Shown: one piece after another, positions 18,171-26,783 of the stretch | Position numbering within the stretch: the stretch's first letter is position 1 | Layout of the letters: the number at the start of each line of letters is the position of its first letter | DNA from: a virus | Taxonomy: Duplodnaviria; Heunggongvirae; Uroviricota; Caudoviricetes | Virus record (IMG/VR): IMGVR_UViG_3300013285_000009 | Location: 12,984 to 76,983 of that record | Direction: 5' to 3' (one strand) | Length of the DNA stretch: 64,000 nt | The notes under the pieces: generated by a model | Database searches by the model: none | Told to the model about the DNA's origin: nothing | The model's input: only the letters and a program-made list of their open reading frames with translations | Position numbers and translations under genes: made by a program

Positions 18171-18551
18171 ATGACTACGCTAGACAAAATGATTGAGTTT
18201 GATACCAGTGATTTGGGTAACATGGGAATGGAAGTTCCTATGCATACTCAGGAAGCAATCACCGGATATTTGATTCGCGGTTGGAAGCCGGGTGGATTCT
18301 TGACTGCTATGCTTGCAGGTGATTTGTTTCGTGCAGTCGATTCGGCTGATACTGCAAACCGTCAAATGATGTGGGCTATCAGTAGATTCATTACGACCAG
18401 TCTGCCTGTGGGTAGTTGGGGAGACTATGAAAGTGTGCATAATTGGAGCACTGATAAGAACAACATTCGAACTGAATACGTCACTGACCTAGAAAAGAAT
18501 TATATCTGGCAAACCCTTAAGGGCGAAACCCAATACAAGGTAAACATGTAA
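18171..18551 (+). CDS. hypothetical protein
   Basis: 126 aa. Confidence 0.4.
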   Translation: MTTLDKMIEFDTSDLGNMGMEVPMHTQEAITGYLIRGWKPGGFLTAMLAGDLFRAVDSADTANRQMMWAISRFITTSLPVGSWGDYESVHNWSTDKNNIRTEYVTDLEKNYIWQTLKGETQYKVNM

Positions 18552-18847
18552 TGGCAAGCCTTGCAGAATATTTTAAAGCAAACAGGTACACCGGCAAATA
18601 CCAAATTGGTGATCGAGTGTTCGGCCATTGGAATAAAATCCCGTTCGTTGGTAGCGTTGGTAATGATAGCGTAGTCAGTGAACTAGAAGGCCCTCGAATC
18701 ACAATTCATTTAGACTTGCCCATTAAGTTTGCAGATGCGGTAAATCATGTTATAATCGTGAAACATAAAGATATTAAACGACTAGTAGATATCTTCCCTG
18801 AAGAAATTGTTAAAAAAACGAAAGCGACTAAAAATGATCACTATTAA
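18551..18847 (+). CDS. hypothetical protein
   Basis: 98 aa. Confidence 0.4.
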   Translation: MASLAEYFKANRYTGKYQIGDRVFGHWNKIPFVGSVGNDSVVSELEGPRITIHLDLPIKFADAVNHVIIVKHKDIKRLVDIFPEEIVKKTKATKNDHY

Positions 18848-19442
18848 AGATTTTATGGAAACCATTGATTACAAGATCACTGAGGGTTCTGATTACGGTT
18901 GGCGATGTTATGGGCCTGATGCTCATACGATGGATAGTTGGAACGGTATGCATGATGACACCGGCTACAGTATCAGTATGGTATTTGATACCAAAACCCA
19001 AGTGGTCTATCAAATGGAAGCATGGGACTACGGTACTGAACGTGAGTATCGTTGGATCAACCCTGACTTCATTGAAGCGCATATTGCAGAAAGCAAGCGC
19101 CGCGGATTTTCATTTACAGAATCACTTGATGATCGTAAATTCATTGATCTAGAAACGGAAGAAGATATGTTGGAAAAAGCCCGCGCTATTGTACTTGGCG
19201 AAGAGTATGATACCCGCATTCAAGTCCCGCTTGAAATGCCGGAGCATGAGATTTTTGCGCTGATGAAGTTGGCGCATGAACAGGACATTACTTTCAATCA
19301 ACTTATCATTAATGTGCTAACAGCCAAGATTGAAGAATTTGAACATGATATGCTTGTTGATGAGATTCAAGAACTAGCGGCCGCACTTAATGATATGGAA
19401 GATTATTTTTACGATCTCGACTTTGAAGACGAGGAAGAATGA
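18834..19442 (+). CDS. hypothetical acidic protein
   Basis: in-frame ATG (MITIKDF..); Glu/Asp-rich C-terminus. Confidence 0.4.
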   Translation: MITIKDFMETIDYKITEGSDYGWRCYGPDAHTMDSWNGMHDDTGYSISMVFDTKTQVVYQMEAWDYGTEREYRWINPDFIEAHIAESKRRGFSFTESLDDRKFIDLETEEDMLEKARAIVLGEEYDTRIQVPLEMPEHEIFALMKLAHEQDITFNQLIINVLTAKIEEFEHDMLVDEIQELAAALNDMEDYFYDLDFEDEEE

Positions 19443-19645
19443 TTATGCATAAATTCATACTACACAAGGACGACTTGGTCACTATCAAGCAGTTTGTTGA
19501 TAAGTACCCTGATGTGGAGTATGTTACCCTTTCAGTAGATTCTTCATCAGGTATCGGTTCTATGATTGATGCTAATATCAGTACAGTAATTAATGGTGAT
19601 TCGGTAACTATCACTAAGAACATTGTGGATGAATCATCGTGGTAA
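19439..19645 (+). CDS. hypothetical protein
   Basis: 68 aa. Confidence 0.35.
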   Translation: MIMHKFILHKDDLVTIKQFVDKYPDVEYVTLSVDSSSGIGSMIDANISTVINGDSVTITKNIVDESSW

Positions 19646-19872
19646 ATAGCGACACTTGCATTGTGAAAGCAGTTGCATCCGGTAAGTCATTGGATGCAGA
19701 AGTAATGGATTTTCACGATAAAAGAAACTTGACTGTTGCAGTAAATAAGTCAGTAAAATTGCTAATGTCTTGGAACGGTCGGTGCTATGAGGGTAGAGCA
19801 GCCGGGATGGACTTTGAAAGTGCCGGACCAAAGATGGTTGCAAAATATAATTCCCCTAGGGGTAGTTACTAG
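19639..19872 (+). CDS. hypothetical protein
   Basis: 77 aa. Confidence 0.35.
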   Translation: MVNSDTCIVKAVASGKSLDAEVMDFHDKRNLTVAVNKSVKLLMSWNGRCYEGRAAGMDFESAGPKMVAKYNSPRGSY

Positions 19873-19886
19873 TTCGGAGTTAAAGG

Positions 19887-20111
19887 ATGATTACTTTTGC
19901 ATTAGTCACATTAATGCTAACTACTACGATGGTGGATGGGGCAGAAACACAATCTGTAGTATGGAACCCCGTGCCACTAAGTGTACATGCTACATTTAAG
20001 GATTGTGAAAATGCATATAACGATATATCAGGCTTCCCTCGGCGACCGAACGATATAGGTTGGCCGCAGTATAACCCTATGTTAGGGTGTAAGAGAGTAA
20101 ATCAAAAATGA
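19887..20111 (+). CDS. small secreted protein
   Basis: N-terminal signal-like MITFALVTLMLTTTMVDGA. Confidence 0.35.
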   Translation: MITFALVTLMLTTTMVDGAETQSVVWNPVPLSVHATFKDCENAYNDISGFPRRPNDIGWPQYNPMLGCKRVNQK

Positions 20112-20347
20112 CAAAAGAAGCCACTCCTGAATTTGACAATTCAGTATATGATAACGAACGCCTTGTCTCAAACTTTGACAAGATAGTTCCTATTGCCGAA
20201 CAGGATCTAGTCTATCGTTTGCGTAAGCGGGCGGAGATCCGCAGACAAATTAGTTCACGCAAGAGTGTCCAAGAAGGCAAGAACGACCGGATTGCTGACC
20301 TGTTGGAAGAAGCAGCAAACGAAATTGACCGTTTAAAATTGCAATGA
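20108..20347 (+). CDS. hypothetical protein
   Basis: 79 aa. Confidence 0.35.
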   Translation: MTKEATPEFDNSVYDNERLVSNFDKIVPIAEQDLVYRLRKRAEIRRQISSRKSVQEGKNDRIADLLEEAANEIDRLKLQ

Positions 20348-20469
20348 AACGGGCACTGCAGGTACTGCATCAGTTTGCCTGGCAGTTTGGCTATGAGATT
20401 GGTCTACTGTTTGGCTACCTGATCAGACTGCTCAATTACATCATGTTCCCCTTCAATAAACCTTTTTAA
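20344..20469 (+). CDS. small hypothetical protein (41 aa)
   Basis: ATGA overlap with upstream stop. Confidence 0.25.
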   Translation: MKRALQVLHQFAWQFGYEIGLLFGYLIRLLNYIMFPFNKPF

Positions 20470-20474
20470 AACGG

Positions 20475-20503
20475 TTGATAGTAAATCATTTTGGTGTTAT
20501 AAT
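20475..20503 (+). promoter_or_regulatory. family promoter (TTGATA variant)
   Basis: GGTTGATAGTAAATCATTTTGGTGTTATAAT plus leader AGATACTTAAACAGCAACAAACAGGAG. Confidence 0.55.
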
Positions 20504-20536
20504 AGATACTTAAACAGCAACAAACAGGAGAACAAT

Positions 20537-20803
20537 ATGGAACGATATGAACAAGTTATTCGCATCCAGCGTTGCATCCTGGGCGATGTAGAGCACGAAG
20601 TAACTGTTCGCAATATCAACGGTAAGTATCACTGCCGTGTGTTGGTGAACGGTGAAGTCAATCAAGAGGCAGTTTGCGCAGGCAAGCGTGACATTGGTTA
20701 CACTTGCCGCAGTCTCCTGCGTTGGGAAGATAAGTGCGGTAACTGGAGCGACTTTGCAATAGCTGCACGTAAACGTTTGAACGAACAATGGAGCACTATA
20801 TGA
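20537..20803 (+). CDS. hypothetical protein
   Basis: 88 aa. Confidence 0.4.
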   Translation: MERYEQVIRIQRCILGDVEHEVTVRNINGKYHCRVLVNGEVNQEAVCAGKRDIGYTCRSLLRWEDKCGNWSDFAIAARKRLNEQWSTI

Positions 20804-21153
20804 TGACCTTGGATACTTTGATTACTTGCCAAAGTAACAAGTGTCATTACTGCAATTGTGAAATGAATCGTGAGAAGAAGTCACTGCAATTGGCAACTGT
20901 TGAACATATTGTGGATAAGTGGTCGAGTCCAAAACACAGAAAAATAGAAGTTGCTTCCAATTTAGTTGCGGCTTGTTTTCAATGTAATAACACTCGCGGT
21001 GCAAAACGAAATCGTATTGCCCGAAGTTATTATAAAGCACAGTCAACCAAGCGCGGCATCAAACTTGCTGTTGCTTCAACGTCAAGTAAAGTTTTATATT
21101 CAATGTTTGGTTCAGTTCCACAACATCTCTTTAACGTAAAGGAAATTTTATGA
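20788..21153 (+). CDS. HNH endonuclease
   Basis: CHYCNCEM ... EHIVDKWSSPKH ... NLVAACFQCNNTRG (Cx2C ... H ... N ... Cx2C HNH core). Confidence 0.7.
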   Translation: MEHYMMTLDTLITCQSNKCHYCNCEMNREKKSLQLATVEHIVDKWSSPKHRKIEVASNLVAACFQCNNTRGAKRNRIARSYYKAQSTKRGIKLAVASTSSKVLYSMFGSVPQHLFNVKEIL

Positions 21154-21458
21154 CTCGTAAAATGGCAACGATTAGAAAAATTGATTCACTGCGTCCTATC
21201 CCGGGTGCTGATGCAATTGAATGCGCTATCGTAGGTGGATGGACCTGCGTGGTGAAGAAGGGTGAATACACAGCCGGAGACCTCGCGGTGTATTGTGAGA
21301 TTGATAGTTTTATCCCCACAGCCATCGCACCGTTCCTTACCAAGCCCGGGCACTATGCAAAGACTTTTGACGGCGTAGAAGGAGAAAGATTGAGAACTGT
21401 TTCTCTCAGAAAAACAGTCTCCCAGGGCCTGCTTCTACCACTTAAAAAGGTTGAATAA
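21150..21458 (+). CDS. hypothetical protein
   Basis: 102 aa. Confidence 0.4.
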   Translation: MTRKMATIRKIDSLRPIPGADAIECAIVGGWTCVVKKGEYTAGDLAVYCEIDSFIPTAIAPFLTKPGHYAKTFDGVEGERLRTVSLRKTVSQGLLLPLKKVE

Positions 21459-21515
21459 ACGAGTATTGGCATAAATAATAGTGACTACGCACAGTCAGAC
21501 TACGGAGACACTATT

Positions 21516-22409
21516 ATGCAAATATATCAGATACTAAACAAGATTACTGGAAAATCATATGTTGGTAAATCTAAGGATTACCAAAACAGATTTTTGAATC
21601 ACAAAAAGGCAGCACGAAATAAATGTAATCGCCGGCTATACGATTCTATGAATCATCACGGAATTGAAAATTTTGAACTAATTTTGTTAGAAGATTTGGG
21701 CAATGTAACCAGACAGGAAGCAAGTGATAAAGAAACATTTTGGGTAGCAAAGTTAAACACAATGATACCAAATGGATACAATATGACTCCTGGCGGCGAT
21801 GGTGGAAATACTATTGAATTTTGGAGCGATGCTGATAAGAAGAAGTTATGGGAACAACAAGCAAAAACTAGGACTGGAGGCAAAAGGACTGAATTGGCAA
21901 AAAAGAAAATGTCAATAGCCGCCGGTATCAGAGAAGCGAACAAGACTGTTGACGAAAAAAGAATCATAGCCGAGAAGATTAGCAATACCAACAAAGAAAA
22001 AGGTATTAGTCCGCCCGAGCATACTAAATGGAAAAAAGGTCAGGCTGGTACCAGAACTGGAATTCTGCATAACCAAGCCACTAAAGAAAAACTTAGTAAG
22101 TTTCGATCTGGTAAAACATATGAAGAAATACTCGGAGTTGAACAAGCACAACTAGAAAAGGCAAAACGAAGCGACAAATGGAAAGGTGATAAAAATCCTA
22201 GATATGTCGAATTCCCTAAAGAACAAAAACAGCAAGTAATTGGTATCTTACAAACTAAAAAAATGAAGATGTATGAAATTGTTGCTCTATTAAAGTTGAG
22301 AAAATTTAGAGAATGGTTACGAGAAATAAATGTAACCAACTATCAAGTAATGTATAATACACTAACTGATGAACAGTGGTGTTTGTTTTGGAAGAATATA
22401 AAATTATGA
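21516..22409 (+). CDS. GIY-YIG homing endonuclease (I-TevI/Seg-like)
   Basis: MQIYQILNKITGKSYVGKSKDYQNRFLNHKK.. canonical GIY-YIG; long Lys-rich C-terminal DNA-binding region. Confidence 0.8.
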   Translation: MQIYQILNKITGKSYVGKSKDYQNRFLNHKKAARNKCNRRLYDSMNHHGIENFELILLEDLGNVTRQEASDKETFWVAKLNTMIPNGYNMTPGGDGGNTIEFWSDADKKKLWEQQAKTRTGGKRTELAKKKMSIAAGIREANKTVDEKRIIAEKISNTNKEKGISPPEHTKWKKGQAGTRTGILHNQATKEKLSKFRSGKTYEEILGVEQAQLEKAKRSDKWKGDKNPRYVEFPKEQKQQVIGILQTKKMKMYEIVALLKLRKFREWLREINVTNYQVMYNTLTDEQWCLFWKNIKL

Positions 22410-22663
22410 ACGAAGATTATCCATTTGTAGTGAACATTCCCCGTCCATATCCAGGAACTGATGAGAACGAACGCATTATCAAATATATCGAACCATTGCG
22501 GGAATCAAAGTTGGTATTAGTATCAGGGGCATACGGTTTTAATCTTGGACAGTATGAAAAGGGTGAAGAATGTAGTCTGAGTCCGGGATTTAAGTATATG
22601 TTTTGGTTCAGGACAGAACAGGAACTTGACGGATTCGCCAAACATTTTGGAGTTGACAAATAA
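22406..22663 (+). CDS. hypothetical protein
   Basis: ATGA start/stop overlap with the endonuclease gene. Confidence 0.4.
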   Translation: MNEDYPFVVNIPRPYPGTDENERIIKYIEPLRESKLVLVSGAYGFNLGQYEKGEECSLSPGFKYMFWFRTEQELDGFAKHFGVDK

Positions 22664-22681
22664 TCAGTTTGGTGTTATAAT
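22653..22681 (+). promoter_or_regulatory. family promoter
   Basis: AGTTGACAAATAATCAGTTTGGTGTTATAAT. Confidence 0.55.
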
Positions 22682-22711
22682 ATACACTAGACAAACAAAC
22701 GAGAAGATACG

Positions 22712-23458
22712 ATGAAATATGTATTAGCACTAGCAGATGGCACCGAAGTTGAAGTTGTAGAAGGACAAGATGTTAGCGACCTTCTGAATATTAAACGCTG
22801 GGTTGCTGAAATCCCTGCATCGCTTGCCGGCGAAGTCAAGGGTATGTTCCCGTCAATTATCCCAAAGACTGATCAAGAGCGTATTCAAAACTTGTCAGTT
22901 GAATTAGAAGAATGGAAGTCGCAGGGACTGACTTGGGAAATTACTGAAAAGTTAGATGGCTCTTCAATGACTGTTTACGTGATGGGCGGTGAGGTCGGAG
23001 TTTGCTCACGTAATCTTGACCTCAAGCATAACGTTGATAACTCATTGTGGCGTGCCGCATACAAGTATGAACTGCCTACTAAGTTAGCTAACATTGGGCG
23101 CAACATTGCTATCCAAGGTGAACTGATTGGCAACGGCATTCAAGGTAACATGTACAAGATGCGTGACCAAGACTTTTACGTATACGACATTTACGACATT
23201 GATGCAGGACGTTACTTTACCCCTGCGGAACGTAAAGCGTTTGTAACAGAGTACAAGTTGAATCACTGCCCTGTATTTAAGTCTGATTTTATGCTTACTA
23301 ATGAGTCCGTTGCTGACTTGCTAAAACGGGCAGAAGCAAAGTCTGTAATGGGTGATATCAACGGCCCGGAGCAAGAAGGTCTTGTATATAAGTGTAACGA
23401 GCGTGAAGTGTCCTTCAAGGCAATTTCTAATAAGTTTTTGCTCAAGGTCGGCGAATAA
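22712..23458 (+). CDS. ATP-dependent RNA ligase-like nucleotidyltransferase (Rnl1-type KxDGS motif)
   Basis: EKLDGSSMTVYV motif I lysine; 248 aa. Confidence 0.5.
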   Translation: MKYVLALADGTEVEVVEGQDVSDLLNIKRWVAEIPASLAGEVKGMFPSIIPKTDQERIQNLSVELEEWKSQGLTWEITEKLDGSSMTVYVMGGEVGVCSRNLDLKHNVDNSLWRAAYKYELPTKLANIGRNIAIQGELIGNGIQGNMYKMRDQDFYVYDIYDIDAGRYFTPAERKAFVTEYKLNHCPVFKSDFMLTNESVADLLKRAEAKSVMGDINGPEQEGLVYKCNEREVSFKAISNKFLLKVGE

Positions 23459-23488
23459 GTTTTGTGTTAGTTTTTATAAAGGAAATTT

Positions 23489-23740
23489 ATGTTTAAAGAT
23501 ATTAGAGTTCAAGCGGCAATCCAAACTTTGCTTATTATTGTTTTGGGCCTTATTGCGATGTTCAGCGTAGCATACATAATCCATATTGTACCGGGCGAGA
23601 TTCTTTGGTATGTATTCTTTGTGGGTTGGGCGGTGTTTATGACCAACCTCTTGTATGGTATGGTTAGGGACAATCTAGTGATTAAAGCAGCTATCAAGGC
23701 TAGTGAGGCGCATGACGATAGCCTTCGAGCCGGGCAGTGA
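23489..23740 (+). CDS. small membrane protein
   Basis: two hydrophobic helices. Confidence 0.4.
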   Translation: MFKDIRVQAAIQTLLIIVLGLIAMFSVAYIIHIVPGEILWYVFFVGWAVFMTNLLYGMVRDNLVIKAAIKASEAHDDSLRAGQ

Positions 23741-23855
23741 AATACTACATTGCCAATAAGGCTGGTACTGTATTCCTCCCGTACGAAGAAGGAATGATTG
23801 AATGGTTGCAAGAGAACTATCCGCACAGTGAATATAAAATTATTGAGGTTGAATC

Positions 23856-24125
23856 ATGAGTGCGAAAGAATGCAAACAACTGGCACCACGCGATGTTATT
23901 ATCTTGGCACATGAGTTATCAGGAGTCATCGTTGATGTGGAGCAAGGTCCGGGGTTTGATTCAATATGCCTGGATACTATCAAACGTGTCCAGGCATCCT
24001 TGTTTGATCTGGCAGAAGAGTTGCGCATGATTCGTGCTAGTGAACATGAAGGTTGGCGCTATAGTAACGAACTAGAACAAGAGCGAGTCCGGCTCAACGC
24101 AATCATAAATTCCGAAAGCAAATAA
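23856..24125 (+). CDS. hypothetical protein
   Basis: 89 aa. Confidence 0.4.
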   Translation: MSAKECKQLAPRDVIILAHELSGVIVDVEQGPGFDSICLDTIKRVQASLFDLAEELRMIRASEHEGWRYSNELEQERVRLNAIINSESK

Positions 24126-24128
24126 AAC

Positions 24129-24157
24129 TTGACGTTAAATGGTTTTGGGTGTATAAT
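24129..24157 (+). promoter_or_regulatory. family promoter (TTGACG variant)
   Basis: CTTGACGTTAAATGGTTTTGGGTGTATAAT. Confidence 0.6.
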
Positions 24158-24186
24158 AAATTCTTTACACACCCCGGAGATAGTTA

Positions 24187-24723
24187 ATGAGCAAAGTCCT
24201 ACTTGGCATAACCTGCACTGCATTGGTTGCGGTTCTAGGGGTTCAGCAATATCAACTAACTACTATCGCCGAAGATGTGGCGGAAATCAAGCAGGCGTTT
24301 GTCACACAAACTAATGAACAAATGTCGTATACTGTTACAGATGAAAAATGTTTAGCCAAAAATATCTATTACGAAGCGGGTATTGAAAGTGATAGGGGCA
24401 AGTATGCAGTCGCCCAAGTCACTATTAATCGATTGAAGTCTGGTAAGTGGGGCGATAGTATTTGCAGTGTAGTCCATGCTAAAAGTCAATTCTCTTGGAC
24501 TCTGAAAAAGAAACTAGAAACACCGAGTGGTAATGCATGGGCTGATAGTCAATGGATTGCCCATCGAGTGTTACAAGGTGATCGGGTCGCCCAACTTGAC
24601 AAAGCAATGTTCTACCATGCTGAATACGTCAGCCCAAAGTGGCGTGATCCTGTTGCAAAAATACAACAGATTGGTCAACATATTTTCTACACTAAAGCAA
24701 AGATGAAAGTAACTGACATTTGA
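24187..24723 (+). CDS. SleB/CwlJ-like cell-wall hydrolase (Hydrolase_2) with N-terminal membrane anchor
   Basis: NIYYEAGIESDRGKYAVAQVTINRLKSGKWGDSICSVVHAKSQFSW matches the SleB catalytic-domain pattern. Confidence 0.65.
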   Translation: MSKVLLGITCTALVAVLGVQQYQLTTIAEDVAEIKQAFVTQTNEQMSYTVTDEKCLAKNIYYEAGIESDRGKYAVAQVTINRLKSGKWGDSICSVVHAKSQFSWTLKKKLETPSGNAWADSQWIAHRVLQGDRVAQLDKAMFYHAEYVSPKWRDPVAKIQQIGQHIFYTKAKMKVTDI

Positions 24724-24748
24724 CATTAAATGGCTTTGGGTGTATAAT
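24720..24748 (+). promoter_or_regulatory. family promoter
   Basis: TTTGACATTAAATGGCTTTGGGTGTATAAT; -35 overlaps the stop of the wall hydrolase gene. Confidence 0.6.
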
Positions 24749-24780
24749 ACACACATAAACTGTTAAACAAAGGCTAAAAA

Positions 24781-24945
24781 GTGAAATTCTTAGAACAAGG
24801 TAAAATCCCCGCACATACAGTATGTCCGTTTCGTATTGCTTGCCCTGCCGCACTAAACAATCAGTGCTCACACAAAGGGGTAGAGCACCCGGTACCGTTT
24901 AGCTGCGGCCTCGCCCGCGCATTTGAACTATTTGGAGCTAACTAA
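24781..24945 (+). CDS. small Cys-rich protein (54 aa, GTG start)
   Basis: RBS AAAGG 7 nt upstream; 7 Cys. Confidence 0.3.
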   Translation: MKFLEQGKIPAHTVCPFRIACPAALNNQCSHKGVEHPVPFSCGLARAFELFGAN

Positions 24946-25112
24946 TGGACGCACCCGAATTGTATTTTTTCAAAGTATTTGCTGATGAAATGTTTCCGGG
25001 GTATGAGAATGATATTACTATCTTTGCAGAAGCGAAGGCCGCATGGACTAAATCAGATATACTAGCAAGTAAAGTAGAAATTATAATCGGGTGGGAAAAT
25101 GATACGATTTGA
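24945..25112 (+). CDS. small hypothetical protein (55 aa)
   Basis: TAATG overlap; overlaps 25099 gene by 14 nt. Confidence 0.25.
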   Translation: MDAPELYFFKVFADEMFPGYENDITIFAEAKAAWTKSDILASKVEIIIGWENDTI

Positions 25113-25431
25113 ACATATTGGTTGGCAGAGAAATGTAAAATCTAATACTGACAAAGTATGGGGAATTATTCTTTTGCGAAATGACGCAATGGATTTCGGC
25201 ACCGGCAACTATGGTTACGTAGATAACACGTACCTTTCATTCTGGGGTAGACGTGGTGCCAAGCTACAGACCAAAGTATTTAAAGATAGTGCCCGGGGCG
25301 CATCCCAAATGTTCAATAAGAAAACTAGCAGCGGCTACAAAGAAGTAGATAAAGATATGCTAGACGAGGTGTATCCAGATTTTCAGCAAGACTTGGAAAA
25401 GACTGCATTCTGGGCCACATTAAAACTTTAA
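25099..25431 (+). CDS. hypothetical protein
   Basis: 110 aa. Confidence 0.4.
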   Translation: MIRFEHIGWQRNVKSNTDKVWGIILLRNDAMDFGTGNYGYVDNTYLSFWGRRGAKLQTKVFKDSARGASQMFNKKTSSGYKEVDKDMLDEVYPDFQQDLEKTAFWATLKL

Positions 25432-25462
25432 TATATGAAACAAATTCAACAAGGATATAAAA

Positions 25463-25618
25463 ATGCGTAACCTAGTCATTGCACGAATCACTGAACTTTG
25501 GACGCCGGACAGCGAGGAAGAATTAGATTTGCACTTGCGCGAACTACCCGAACTGTCCAATAAAGAATTACTGCAAGTCTTGGAAGAAATGATTGAACTG
25601 ATTGGTCTGCATGACTAA
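25463..25618 (+). CDS. small acidic protein (51 aa)
   Basis: RBS AAGGAT; ATG 25463. Confidence 0.3.
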   Translation: MRNLVIARITELWTPDSEEELDLHLRELPELSNKELLQVLEEMIELIGLHD

Positions 25619-25856
25619 AGAAGTACCCGTCCATAAAGACATCCTGGATAGACCGGTCAACGTGGATGATGTGGTTGCCTTTTCGAATCATAACTCACTT
25701 GAGATTGGTAAGATTATTAAGATGACAAACAAACAAATTCGTGTTGTTCCTGTGCTAGGACGATATCGATCAGATACCGGTTACTTGAAATACAGTGCCC
25801 AGTGTGTGTTAGTGGGTGGCCCCGAGCTTACAATGTGGATGCTGAAAAAGACTTGA
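25611..25856 (+). CDS. hypothetical protein
   Basis: in-frame ATG (MTKEVPV..) with ATGACTAA overlap. Confidence 0.35.
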   Translation: MTKEVPVHKDILDRPVNVDDVVAFSNHNSLEIGKIIKMTNKQIRVVPVLGRYRSDTGYLKYSAQCVLVGGPELTMWMLKKT

Positions 25857-25881
25857 CATTAAATCGTTTTGGGTGTATAAT
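25853..25881 (+). promoter_or_regulatory. family promoter whose -10 abuts the next gene's start codons
   Basis: CTTGACATTAAATCGTTTTGGGTGTATAAT then ATGACTATGAAA; no conserved leader. Confidence 0.55.
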
Positions 25882-25887
25882 ATGACT

Positions 25888-26289
25888 ATGAAACAAACTA
25901 AGACCCAGAACATATTCTCTGCTGAGGCACCATACGCTAATTCGTTTCAGACAAGTGCAAAGCGTTTATTGTTTGTATGTTCAGTTGGTATGTTACGCAG
26001 TCCGACAGCCCAAATGGTTGCCTCACAAAATGGACACAATGCCCGCGCATGCGGATCTGATGTTGACATTGCATTGATTCCACTCAGTTGCAACCTAATC
26101 AATTGGGCCGACAAAATCGTCTTTATGAACCCGGACAATTTTGATCAGGCGAAGCAAGTATTTGACCCGGTAGGGTACAAAGAGGATATCGAAGCCAAAG
26201 CGATTGTATGGAACATCATTGATGATTACTCTTGGGGTGACAACGTCCTGTGGAACATCCTATACACTAAAATGAAGATGTTTGACTGA
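25888..26289 (+). CDS. low-molecular-weight protein-tyrosine-phosphatase/ArsC-like protein (CX5R-S P-loop)
   Basis: LLFVCSVGMLRSPTAQ resembles the LMW-PTP motif V-C-x-G-N-x-C-R-S; start uncertain (25882 or 25888; 25873 GTG lies inside the -10). Confidence 0.4.
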   Translation: MKQTKTQNIFSAEAPYANSFQTSAKRLLFVCSVGMLRSPTAQMVASQNGHNARACGSDVDIALIPLSCNLINWADKIVFMNPDNFDQAKQVFDPVGYKEDIEAKAIVWNIIDDYSWGDNVLWNILYTKMKMFD

Positions 26290-26299
26290 TACCCAGAGG

Positions 26300-26328
26300 T
26301 TGACGTTAAATCATTTTGGGTGTATAAT
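26300..26328 (+). promoter_or_regulatory. family promoter (TTGACG variant)
   Basis: GGTTGACGTTAAATCATTTTGGGTGTATAAT plus leader AGTTTCTTAGACAGCAACAATTAGGAG. Confidence 0.6.
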
Positions 26329-26362
26329 AGTTTCTTAGACAGCAACAATTAGGAGAGCTAAA

Positions 26363-26524
26363 ATGTTTGTAGTCAAAAGATGCGTAAACGATTTTGGTGA
26401 TGTGTGGAAATGGCCAGTACTCGAATTTGCTACAGAAGCAGAAGCTAACGAGTTTGCTGCACAAGAGACCCGCAGCAACCAAAATCAGTCCGACCCTGTT
26501 TGGTTTGAAGTAGACGAGGAGTAA
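26363..26524 (+). CDS. small hypothetical protein (53 aa)
   Basis: ATG 8 nt after AGGAG. Confidence 0.35.
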   Translation: MFVVKRCVNDFGDVWKWPVLEFATEAEANEFAAQETRSNQNQSDPVWFEVDEE

Positions 26525-26527
26525 TAT

Positions 26528-26728
26528 ATGATGGTTGTAGTAGCAAAAATGACAGACGGTAGAGTGGTTGAAGTCGTCCGTGTCGCTGAAACAGTTGGCT
26601 TCTCCACTGACAAAGATTGGGTGATGATCTGTTTTGACTTTGAAAAGATCAACCGCAAGCGTGAGCAATTTAAGTGGGTTCCCGCAACGACCCGGTTCGA
26701 CTGGGTCCGAGAATTCTCTTTCGGTTGA
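26528..26728 (+). CDS. hypothetical protein
   Basis: 66 aa. Confidence 0.35.
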   Translation: MMVVVAKMTDGRVVEVVRVAETVGFSTDKDWVMICFDFEKINRKREQFKWVPATTRFDWVREFSFG

Positions 26729-26753
26729 CATTAAATGGATGGTGTGTTATACT
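26725..26753 (+). promoter_or_regulatory. family promoter (TTGACA-N17-TATACT)
   Basis: GGTTGACATTAAATGGATGGTGTGTTATACT. Confidence 0.5.
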
Positions 26754-26783
26754 GTAAGTACAGTAAAAGAAAGAGCACAGATT

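Noticed and set aside
23738-23860. 40-aa GTG-initiated ORF between 23489-23740 and 23856-24125
   Set aside because: No ATG or RBS; only internal ATG gives 21 aa; likely just spacer.
25873-25881. GTG start at 25873 proposed by the ORF track for the LMW-PTP-like gene
   Set aside because: Lies inside the TATAAT of the promoter copy; it would be upstream of the transcription start.
26306-26731. 141-aa minus-strand ORF in the plus block
   Set aside because: Runs antisense across two plus-strand small genes and a family promoter; Cys/Phe-rich junk-like composition; no promoter or RBS on the minus strand.
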